A DNA stretch of 64,000 nt from contig CBDCOZ010000003.1 of NCBI GenBank assembly GCA_965220085.1, positions 1,408,001 through 1,472,000 on the forward strand, read 5' to 3'. The notes beneath the pieces are model-generated. The model was not told the DNA's origin, made no database searches, and saw only the letters and a list, made by a program, of their open reading frames with translations. Of the stretch, positions 1 to 12,000 are shown one piece after another (within the stretch, counting starts at the first letter, position 1; each line of letters starts with the position of its first letter). The DNA is from Candidatus Oxydemutatoraceae bacterium (lineage in GTDB: Bacteria > Pseudomonadota > Gammaproteobacteria > Poriferisulfidales > Oxydemutatoraceae). Made by a program: the position numbers and the translations under genes.

Positions 1-3000
1 ATCCCAGTAAGATGCCGACACATCGCTGCTTGCTCCGCCCTTGCCGACCAAACCGCCGCTGCGGGAGCCGCTGACCAGAGTCGTCGCATAGCCGTACTTC
101 AATTGCGCATTGCCTAACTCTCCGAGCAAGCCGCCGGATAAGCCGCCGGTGACGCCCGAAGCTGCCGCGCTGAGATAACCGGCGGCGTAGCTGTGTTCCA
201 CCTTGCTGGCGCCCGCATCGTCGGTCACGCGACCGATTAAGCCGCCGCTCTCGGAGCGCGCGTCTACGCTGCCGCTCGCATAGCTCCTTTGCACCGTGCC
301 GCCGTGGTTATGCCCCAGCAGCGAACCGATGAAGCGGAGCCCTCGCGCCGCTGCCGTCGAGTAGGAGTCCTCTATCGTGCCGCCGGACAATCTGCCGGCG
401 ATGCCGCCGGCTTGGTTATTGCCGATAGCGCCGTCAGCGACTGTCACCGAACCGGTCACGCCGAGATTTGATATCGTGCCGGCGCCGATGACGCCGAACA
501 AGCCCCGGTTGTTATTGCCGGCGGCGGCGCGGTTGATGTACAGATTGGCAATCGTATGACCGTTGCCGTCAAATGTCCCGGCGAAGTTTGCCGTGGCATC
601 GCCGATTGGCATCCAGCCGGCAGCGCTGCCTGATGCCGCCCATGCCGCATTGACAGTGCGCGAAGCATAGCTCGTCGCGTCATCAAAATCCAAATCGCTC
701 ATCAGTTCATAGCCGATGCAACCGCTGCCGCTCGGGCAACCCATGCCGGCAACCGCATCGGAAAACGCAGCGCTGTAATCGCTCTCCTTGCCCGTCGCGG
801 GAGCGCCATCGCCGCCCAAGTCCCAGCGCACGGCGTTGAGTTGCTCCAAATTGGAAATCTCAATCAGGCCGTCGTCATCGCTGTCATAATCCTCCGCGGC
901 GCCCGTCATGCCCGCGGAGCGACTCGCCTCGCCGCCGTTGATTATCGCCGCCACCTGATAGGTGTGCGGCGCGGCGGCAACGCGCCCGGTGTCGGAGTAT
1001 GTTGTCGCGCTTATCGGCGTCGCGCCCGAAATCGCGGCGCCGTCGCGATAGACGACATAGGCGACGGTCGGCGCCGACGCACAGTGTGACACATCCGGCG
1101 CCAACCAAACCAACTTTCGCGATGCGCCGGCGCCGGACGCGTTCAAAGACGGCCCGGCGCGCAACTGACAGCCAAATTCCTCCCAACTCGCTTCGTCGTC
1201 GCCGTCAAAGTCCGCCTTCAGCGCGGGGTATTGCGCGGCGGCGCCGAAGTCCCAGTAGTCGGTCGCATTGCCGGTAGCGTCATTCGCGTCCCAGTCGGCG
1301 TAGATGCCGTCATAGCCGGTCGGGGCTTGCAACGCCGATGTGCTCTGACCGCTGATGCCGGCGACGGTCGCGCCCGATACCGAACCGACCGCGGCGCTCT
1401 TGTTCGCGACGCTGCTGTTCCAATACGCCGCCGTCGCCGAGTAGTTATTGTTGTCCAGACGACCGGCCAGCCCGCCGCTGTTTGTCGCCGCCGAAGCAAC
1501 CAGCGCGACGGAGTAGGCGTACTTCAGTTGTGCGCGGCCCATAAGACCGAGCAGACCGCCGGCGTTGCCGCCGGCGCCGGCGGCGCGCGATGCGCTTACA
1601 AAGCCGGTCGCATAGACGTGCTCCGCGACGCTATCCGCGTTATCACTCGCGCCGCCAAACAAGCCGCCGGTCTCGGCAACGCCATCCGCATAGCCGGTGG
1701 CATAACTCGCGCGCACCGTGCCGCCGGCGTTGACGCCGAGCAACGAACCGATCAATTTGCCGCCGGCCGCCGACGCCGCCGAATAGGAGCGCTCTATCGC
1801 GCCGCCGGCCAACTCGCCCGCTATGCCGCCGGCGCGGTCGTTGTCGGCGCCGATTGAAACCGACCCGATCACGCCGAGATTCGCTATCCTGCCGCCGTTG
1901 CCGATAACGCCGAACAGCCCTTGCCGGTCATTGTTATCCGCCGCGCGATTGATATGCAAGTTTGCAATCACATGACCGTTGCCGTCAAAGGCGGCAATAA
2001 AGTTAGCCGTGTTATTGCCAATCGGCGGCCAGCCCGCTTCGCTGTCGCCGTCGCCGGGGTTGTCTGTCCAGTCTTGCGCCGATGTGTCGCCGCCGGCGTA
2101 ACTTGCCGCATCTTCAAAATCCAAATCGGTCGTCAATTCGTAGCCGTCGCATGTGTTCGGGCAACCCATGCCGGCGGGGGCATCGGGGAATGCGGTCGCA
2201 TAAGCGCTCGCATTGCCCGCCGCCGGCTCGCCGTTGCCGTCCAAATCCCAGCGCATGGCGTTGAGTTGTTCCAGATTGCCGACCTCGATTAAGTTATCGC
2301 CATCGGCATCGTAATTGACCGCTCTGACGGCGCTGCGACCCGCCTCGCCGCCGTTGATAACCGCCGCCACATGGTAGGCAATATCCGTCGCATTGCCGCC
2401 AAGCGGCGCATTATCGGCATGCGTTGTTGCGGTTAATCCGGCGGCTGCGGCGACCCCGTTGCCGTAGACAGCATAAGTAACGGTCGGCGGGTTCTTCGGC
2501 CAATGCGATGTGTCCGGCGGCGCCCAAGACAAGGCGCGCGCGCCGATCGCTTTCAATTCCTTCGGCCCTTCGCGCAACTGATAGCCGAACTCTTGCCAAC
2601 TCGCGTCGCCGTCGTTGTCAAAGTCAATCTTCAATGCCGGGTATTGGTTCGCGCTGCCAAAGTCCCAGTAGTCGCCGTCGCCCTCATCCCATTTGGCATA
2701 GATGCCGGCATAGGTCGTCGGCGCTTGCAATTCGGCGCTCGTCTTGGCCACCGCCGCGCCGGTATCTTCCGCGCCGCTGCCGGCGCCGAAACCCGCGCTG
2801 ACATCGGATGTGTCGGCGTCCCAATAGACCGCGTCGAATGTGCCGCTGTGAAATCTGCCGTTCGTGCCGACGATGCCGCCGCGCGCGCTCGCGCCGCGGG
2901 CAATCTGCGCGGTCGCGTAGCCGTACTTGAGGGTCGCATCGCCAAACCAACCGAACAGGCCGCCCGGGCTTTTCTTGTTGCCGCCGCGGGTCGCGTTCAT

Positions 3001-6000
3001 ATAACCGGTGGCATAGACGTGTTCCACAATCGCATCATCTTCAACGGCGCCGCTGATGCCGGCGGGTTCCCTGTCGGCATACGCATTGCCGCTCGCATAA
3101 CTCCGGCGCACCGCGCCGCCGCCGGTTATAAAACCGACCAGCGGCGACGCGCGCCAGCCGCCGCTTACCGATACCGCCGAATACGCTTCTTCTATGGCGG
3201 TATTATTCGTCTTGCCGACCAGTCCGCCGACATCCTCATTGGCGCTGCCGAGCGCTGTGACCGATCCGGTCACGCCGAGATTGGAAATCGTCGTCCTGCC
3301 GGTCTCTCCAAACAGCCCTTGCTGATTGGCATCGCGGTTAATATACAGGTTATAAATCGTGTTGCCATTGCCGTTGAAGCGCGTCGCGAACTGTGCCGTC
3401 GTGTCGCCTATCGGCATCCACCCCGCTTCGCTATCGCCGTCATCGGGATTATCTGTCCAGTCGCGCGCCGACGTGTCGCCGCCGGCATAACTCGCCGCAT
3501 CTGCAAAATCCAAGTCATTCTTTAACTCATAGCCGCTGCACGTATCGTCGCGGCAGCCCATATTCAAAGCCGCATCGGGAAAAGCGAGGGCGTAATCGTC
3601 CTCGTTGCCCGCTGCCGGGCTGCCATTGCCGTCTAAGTCCCAACGCATGGCGTTGAGTTGTTCCAGTGTTCTCACATCGATCAGACCGTTGTCATCGGGA
3701 TCATAATCTTTTTCCCTCGACGCAATACTGCTGCGGCTCGCCTCGCCGCCATTGATAACCGCCGCTACGTGGTAGGTGTGAGTCGCATCGGGGGTTGCCC
3801 CGGTGTCGCTGTAGGCAGTTGCCGCGAGCGCTCCCGTCACCGCCAGCCCGTCGCGATAGACGGCGTAGGCAATGGTCGGCGGGTTCTTCGACCAATGCGA
3901 TGTGTCCGGCGCCGTCCATGACAACATGCGACCGGCGCTTACGGCGAGGGTTTGCGGCCCTTCGCGCAACTGATAGCCGAATTCTTGCCAAGTAACCTTA
4001 TTGTCGTTGTTGAAGTCTGTCTTCAGCGCCGGGTATTGCGATGCCGTGCCGAAATCCCAGTAGTCGGTCGCGTTGCCGTTCGCGTCATTCGCGTCCCAAT
4101 CGGCGTAGATGCCGACATACCCCTGAGGCCCTTGCAATGCGGCGGTCGTTCTGGCTTCGATGCCGCTGACGCTTGCGCCCGCCGCCGGCGCGCCGATTGC
4201 ATTCGCTTGGCCCGATATCACGCTGTCCCCGTATGCCGCGCTCGCCGAGTACGCGTTGTCGGCAAGGTAGCCGCCGACGTTGCCGCTTGCGGGCCCGCTG
4301 ACCAAAGCCGCCGCGTAGCCGTATCGCAGTCGCATATTGCCCAACTCGCCGATCAAACCGCCGGATCGGCCGCCTGAGATGACGTAACCGGTGGCGTAGA
4401 CGTGCGACGCTGTGCTATTGCCGGCGGCATCATGAACGCGACCGATCAAGCCCCCACCCTCGGATCGCGAATTTACGACGCCGCTCGCGTAACTCCTTCG
4501 CACCGCGCCGCCGTCGTTGTGCCCGAGCAGCGAACCGTTGAAGCGGAGCCCGGTCACCGCCACCGCCGAATAAGAATCTTCTATCACGCCGCCGGATAAC
4601 GTGCCGGCGATGCCGCCGGCCCGATTGTTGCCTGTGCCGCCGGTCTCAATCGCCACCGAACCGGTGACGCCGAGCTTGGATACCGTGCCATTGCCGATAA
4701 CGCCGAACAAGCCCTGATCGTTGGCGCCGGCAGCGGCGCGGTTGATACGCAGGTTGGAGACCGTACGGCCGTTGCCGTTGAAAATCGCCGCAAAGCCGGC
4801 CGTGGTATCGCCGATCGGCGCCCAGCCGGCGCCGACCGTCCAAGAGGATTTGTTGGCGGCGGCATCGATGTAGTCATCATCGTCGTTAAAATCCAAATCG
4901 CTCATCAACTCATAGCCGCCGCAAGCGCCCGGGCAACCCATGTCGGCAAGGGCATCGGGGAAAGCGCTTATGTGCGAGGCTTCGTTACTCGAGGAGATCT
5001 TGCCATTGCCATCGAGGTCATAACGGATCGCGTCGAGTTGCTCCAAATTACGAATGTCGATCAGACCGTCGTCATCGCTGTCGTAATCATGCAGCGTCCG
5101 CCCGTAGGCGCGGGCTGCTTCGCCGCCATGGATGATCGCCGCGACCCGATAGCCATGTTTCACTGTGGCGTCTGATACCGTATCGGCGTAGGCATAAGTC
5201 ATAACACCGTTATCGATAGCGCTGCCTATGGCGCCGGCCAATAGCGTCTTGTTGCGATAGACAACGTAGCTTATGTCGGACGCCAACAGCGCGCGGTCGG
5301 GGTCGCTATCCCAGTGCGATATATCCGGCGCGGTCCACGACAGCTCGCGGGCGGCCCCGCCAAAGCCGGTAATACCAAAGTTCGTCGGGCCCTGACGCAA
5401 TTGATAGCCAAACTCTTGCCAACTTGGCATGCCGTCGTTGTCAAAATCAATCTTCAGCGCGGGGTACTGCGAAGCGGCGCCGAAATCCCAGTAGTCAGTT
5501 GCGTTGCCGTTAGAATCATTCGCGTCCCAACCGGCATAGATACCGCTATAAGCGGTCGGGGCCTGCAACTCCGCGGTTGTCTGTCCGGCGATGCCGTCGG
5601 AACTGTTTGCGCCGACCGCGGCGCTCGCGCCGGATGCTTGGGTATCCCAATACGCCGCTGCGAAGGTCGCGCCGGCATTAAAACCGCCGACACCTCCGCT
5701 GGCTGCCGCATCGGCATGGATGAGCGCGGTCGAGTAACTGTAACGCAGTCGCAAATCGTCCATGTAACCCGCTATGCCGCCGCTCCAACGCTTGGGCTCG
5801 CCGGCTGTCGGATTCACATAGCCGGTCGCGTACGCATGCTCTATGATGTTCGCGACAGAGGCGGAGCTCGCGCCTCCGATTAAACCGCCGGCTTGTTGCC
5901 GGGCGTATGCGTTGCCGGTCGCGTAACTCAAACGCACTGTGCCATTGCCGCTTACGCTGCCGGCAAGCGCGCCAACCGCGCTATTGCCCTCTGCCGATAC

Positions 6001-9000
6001 CGACGACCAACTCTTCTCCAAAACGCCGATAACACGCCCCGCCACGCCGCCGATATTGGCATGCCCGGTATCGCCGTGCGGCGCGCGCACCATGCCGGTT
6101 ACGCCGATGTTTGATACTGTGCCGCTGCTGCCGATAACGCCGAACAAACCTTGCTCGCCGGCGGCACGGTCGATATGCAAGTTGTATATGGCATGGCCGT
6201 TGCCGTTAAAGGTCGTCGCAAAGCGATCAGCGTTGTCTCCCAGCGGCGTCCAACCTTCGCCCGTCGTCCATGCCGCATCGACAGCGCCAAATATGTAACT
6301 GGCGGCCTCGTTGAAGTCCAGGCCCTTGGTTAATTCATAACCGGCACAAACTTCGCTCGGGCAACCCATGCCGTCTTGGGAGTCGGGAAATGCCCGCATG
6401 TAGTCGCCGCGGGTATCGGAGCTGACCCTGCCATCGCCGTCCAGATCCCAACGCAACGCATTGAGTTGCTCTAAGTTGGAAATTTCAATCAAGCCGTCAT
6501 CATTATCGTCATAGTCGTTTGTTCGTCCCGAGCGGACAAAGCTGCGGCTTGCTTCGCCGCCGTTGATGACAGCGGCCACCAAGTATGCGTACTCCGAACC
6601 GGCTTGGCGACCGGTATCGGCGTATGTTCTCTCGGAGATATTCGTCGCATCGGCTATCGCCTCCCCGTCGCGATAGATGTTGTATGCGAGGGTCGGCGCG
6701 GGCGCACAGTGTGATGTGTCCGGCGCGATCCAAGACAGCGTTCTTGTTGTGGCAGTGCCGACCGCTATCAAAGACAATGGCCCGGCGCGCAGCTGGCAAC
6801 CGAACTCCTGCCAGGTCGCCGCATGATCGCGATTGACATCGGCCTTCAGCGCCGGATATTGGCTTGCCGTGCCGAAATCCCAATGGTCGGTCGCGTTGCC
6901 GTTAGCATCATTCGCGTTCCAGTCGGCATAGATGCCGTCGTATCCCGCGGGGGCTTGCAACGCCGATGTCATAAGACCCGTGATACCGGAGACAGCGCCG
7001 ACGCCGGACGCATCGGCCCCGTTGGACGCGACGGTATCCCAATACGCCTCCTCGAATGTTCCCGCGCCATCGCCGCTGACGCCGCCCGCGAAAGCCCCCG
7101 TCGGCAGCGCCGTTGCATAAGCATAGCGCACGGTCGCGCCGACACCGACGCCGATCAATCCGCCCACGGCAGCCGCAGACACCGAGCCGGTCGCGTAGAC
7201 ATGTTCAACTGTTGCTGCAGTACTTGCACTGCCGCCGACCAGACCGCCGCCCGAAACAGCCGCATTGACACTGCCTGTCGCATAGCTTATGCGCAGCGTA
7301 CCACCGTCAATATGGCCTAGCAGAGAACCCGTATGCCCGCCGCCCGATACCGTCGCCTCCGAATAAGACCGTTCTATCGCGCCGCCGATTAGCTCGCCCG
7401 CTATGCCGCCGATTCGGTCATTGGCGCCGCCGGCCGAGACCGAACCGCCTACGCGGAAGTTTGACACCACGGCGCCGTTACCGATGGCGCCGAACAGACC
7501 CTGGCCGTCATTATTATCCGCCGCGCGGTCGATATGCAATCCGGCGACGCCGTTGCCGTTGCCGTCGAATGTCGCTGCGAACGGGGCGGCGCGATTGCCT
7601 ATCGGCGGCCAACCTTCGCCCGTCGTCCATGCCGCGCTGACGGCGCCGTCGGCATAGTCGCCGCTGTCATCAAAGTCCAAATCGGCGACCAGCTCATAAC
7701 CGACGCAGGCGTCATTGACGCAACCCATGTCCGGAATCGCTCCGCTGAAAGCGGCCTCGTAAGCCGTCGTGTTGTCGGCGGATGCCGCGCCACCGCCGCC
7801 CAAATCCCAACGCACTGCGTTGAGTTGCTCCAGCGTGCTGATTTCTATCAGACCATCGCTGTCGCTGTCGTAGTCTGTCATTCTTGTGTCGACAACGCTG
7901 CGGACAGACTCGCCGCCGTTGATAATCGCCGCCACGACATAGTCGGGGGCGGCATCCGCGCTCAGTTGTTCGCTGTCAACATAAGTCGTGCCGACGATGC
8001 TTGTGGCGTTGCTTAAGGCATGCCCGTCACGATAGACCGCATAGGTGACGGCGGGCGGCGACGACCAATGCGATGTGTCCGGCGCGTCCCAGGTTACGGT
8101 TCTGGTTGACGCATCGCCGATTGCCAGCGCATTGCCCGGCCCGCTACGCAACTGATAGCCGAATTCCTCCCAACTCGCCATGCCGTCGTTGTTAAAATCA
8201 ATCTTCAGCGCCGGGTATTGCGAAGCGGAGCCAAAGTCCCAATAATCGGTCGAGCCGCCTTCGTCCCAGTCGGCGTAGATGCCCTCATAGCCGGTCGGGG
8301 CTTGTAGCTGAGCGGTCGCATAGCCGGCGGTGCCGGCACTCGGTCCTTGCCCGACCCCTCTGCTCACGGCGGATGTCTCAAGGTCCCAATACGCCGATGC
8401 ATAAACCATCTGTCCATCGTCGTTGACACCGGCTATGCCGCCGTGCCTGCCGTCGGGGGAGGCAAAGACAGCCGCGGTCGCGTAGCCGTAACGCAGGCGC
8501 GAGCCGGCCGAATAGCCCAACAAACCGCCGCCCCAACGCTGCAAGCCGATAGTCGCCGCATTGACATAGCCGGCGGCATACACATGCTCTATCGCGCTGC
8601 TCCCGCCTATGCCTCCAATCAGACCGGCGGCCTGCTGCCGGGCTATTGCGCTGCCGGTGCCATAACTCAAACGCACCGTGGCGCCGGTCGCGCCGCCGAC
8701 GAGCGGGGCGACCGCAAAATTTCCCCGCACCGATACCGACGACCAATTCTTCTCCGCCGTGCCGCCGGCTGCTAACTCGCCGATCAAGCCGCCGATAGCG
8801 CTATCCTCGTCGGTATCATCCATCGAAGCCAATACCGAACCGGTGATGCCGACGTTTGATACCGTGCCGTTGCTGCCGACGCTGCCGAACAAGCCCTGCT
8901 CGGTCGCGGCGCTGCGATCGATATGCAGGTTGTAGATGGCATTGCCGTTACCATTGAATGTCGCGGAAAATCGGTTGGCGACGGCGCCTATCGGCAACCA

Positions 9001-12000
9001 GCCCTCCCCGCTCTCGCCTTTGCTCCAGCCATTGTCAACGCCGCCGGCATAGCTCGCCGCATCGTCAAAGTCCAGATCCTTTTCCAATTCATAGCCGACG
9101 CAAACGCCGGCACCGCAACCCATATCAGCCATAGGGTTTAAAAAAGCGCCGTAATAGCCGTTGGCGGTCGGAGCGCCGTCGCCATCCAAGTCCCAGCGCA
9201 GCGCATTGAGTTGCTCCAAATTGCTGATTTCTATCAGACCGTTGTCATCGCTGTCGTAATCAACCGGATCAAACTCAACGACGCTGCGCGCGGCCTCGCC
9301 GCCATTGACGACCGCCGCGACATAGTAGGCGTATGTGGCGGTTGCTATCGCCGATGTATCGGAATAAGTCAGCGCAGTTATCCCCGTCGCAAGCGCCGCC
9401 GCCTGATCATCGCGATACACGTTGTAAGCAACAGTCGGCGGAGTCGTCCAGTGTGATGTCTCCGGCGCGGTCCAAGCGACAGGCGCGCCGGACTCGCCGC
9501 TGGGACCCGCTATAATCAAATCGCGCGGCCCCTCGCGCAGCTGATAGCCGAATTCCTGCCACCTTGCCATACTGTCGCCGTTAAAATCAATCTTCAATAC
9601 GGGGTATTGCGAGGCGTCGCCGAAGTCCCAGTAGTCGGCGGCATTGCCATCGTCCCAGTCGGCGTAGATGCCGTCATAACCGGTCGGCTCTTGCAACTCG
9701 GCGGTCATCTTGGCGGCCGGCCCGACCGCCTCAGCGGCGGTTTGAATGCTGCCATAGGCCGCGCCGACGGCGGATGTGTCGGCGTCCCAATAGACCGCGT
9801 CAAATGCGGTCACTTGACTGTCATTATGTCCGGCTATGCCGCCGCGCTCGGCGCCGCCGGAAGCAATCTGCGCGGTCGCATAGCCGTACTTGACGGTTGA
9901 TTCGCCTAGCCGGCCGAACAGGCCGCCCGGGCGTTTGTCACCGTCGCCGCCTATGTAACCGGCGGCATAGACATGCTCCGCGACGGCGCCACCCAGAAGG
10001 GCGCCGGCTATGCCCGCGGGTTCGTTGTCAGCAGAGACGTTGCCGGTCGCATAACTGCGGCGCACCGCGCCGCCCGTTATCCGGCCGACCAACGGAGCGG
10101 AGCGGGACGCTCCCGTCACCGCTGCCGCCGAATACGCTTCTTCTATCGTCGTATCATCTGCCCTGCCAATCAGGCCGCCGACATCGGTGTCAGAGCTGCC
10201 GCTCGCCGTCACCGACCCGGTCACGCCGAGATTGCCAATCGTCGCGCCGTCGGCATAGCCAAATAATCCTTGCTGATTCCCGTCACGCTCAATGTACAGG
10301 TTATAAATGGTGCGACCGTTGCCTTTGAGTGTCCCGGTAAATTTGTCGCCCGCATCTCCGATTGGCAGCCAATTAACCCTCGTCTCGCCTTGCATCAGCA
10401 AGGGAGAAACCGCCATGCTGCCGCTCGCATAGTCCGCCGGGTCATCAAAGTCCAAATCGAATTCCAACTCATAACCGCCGCAAGCGCCGCCGCCGCAACC
10501 CATGTTTGCGATGGCCTCGGGAAAAGCGGCATCATAATTTGCCTGATCGCCGGCGGCGACAGCGCCATTGCCGTCCAAATCCCAGCGCATGGCATTGAGT
10601 TGTTCCAGATTGGAAATTTCAATCAAACCATCGTCATCGCTGTCGTAATCCTGCGGGTTGGATTGCGCGACCAGACTGCGGCTCGCTTCGCCGCCATTGA
10701 CGACCGCCGCTACGTGATAGGCGTATTCGTTGCCGCCGATTAACGGCGCGTCGGCGTCGGTGTGACTTGTGGCGGCCAGCCCCGAGGCGTTAGCCAGAGC
10801 GGTTCCGTTGCGATACACATTGTAGGTAATTGTCGGCGGCGCGGCGCTCCAATGGCTCGTATCCGGCGCACTCCAGCTCAGCGCGTTGGAATTGCCGTCG
10901 CGCACCGCTATGGCGGTCATCGGCCCTTCGCGCAACTGATAGCCGAACTCTTGCCAAGTAACCTTATTGTCGTTGTTGAAGTCAATCTTCAGCGCCGGGT
11001 ATTGGCTTGCGCTGCCGAAATCCCAGTAGTCGGTCGTGTCGCCCTCGTCCCAGTCGGCGTAGATGCCGGCATAGGTCGTCGGCGCCCGCAGTTCGGCGCT
11101 CGTCCGGGCGGTGATGCCGGCGCCGGAACCGCCTCCCACCGCATTGGTCTTGCCCGAGGTCTCGGTGTTCCAATAGACCGCGTCAAACGCAGCGCCTTGG
11201 CCGGGATTTTGCCCGCCCAGACCGCCGCTTAGGTTGGCGGCGGGATGTACGAGCGCGACGGAATACGCATATTTAAGTTGCACCCTGCCCAAGTAACCGA
11301 TCAAACCGCCGCCCCACTTCATGGCGCCGCCTCGGGTTGGGTTGACAAACCCGGTCGCATACGCGTGTTCCACTCTGCTGCCCGTCTGATCGTGATGAAC
11401 GCCGCCGCTCAGACCGCCGGCCTCGCTATTGGCTTCCGCGTTGCCGGTGGCATAGCTCAAGCGCAATGTGCCCTTCTCGTTGATGCCCAATAGCGAACCG
11501 ACCAGCTTGTTCCCTTCGGTCATCACGCTTGAATAAGACTTTTCTATCGTGCCCTCGTTCAACTGACCGGCGATACCGCCGACGCGCTCGCTGCTGCCGC
11601 CGAGCGAGACCGAACCGGTCACGCCGAGGTTTGATATCACGCCGTCGCTGCCGACAACGCCGAACAAACCCTGAAGATTCGCGACGCGGTTGACATACAG
11701 GTTATAAATCGTATGACCGGCGCCATCGAATGTCGTCTTGAGGCGATTGTTATTGCCTCCGATCGACGCCCAGCCGTCGCCGCTCGTCCACTCCGCATTG
11801 ACGACGCCGCTGCGATAGCTTCCCGGGTCGTTAAAATCCAAGTCGCGCGTCAATTCATAACCGGCGCAGGCGCTGTGACAGCCCATGCCGTCGAGAGCCG
11901 AGTGAAAAGCCTCGCCATACGCCGGCGCATTGCCCGCGCTGGCGCCGCCGTCGCCATTGTCCAAGTCCCAGCGTATCGCGTTCAATTGCTCCAGCGTACT

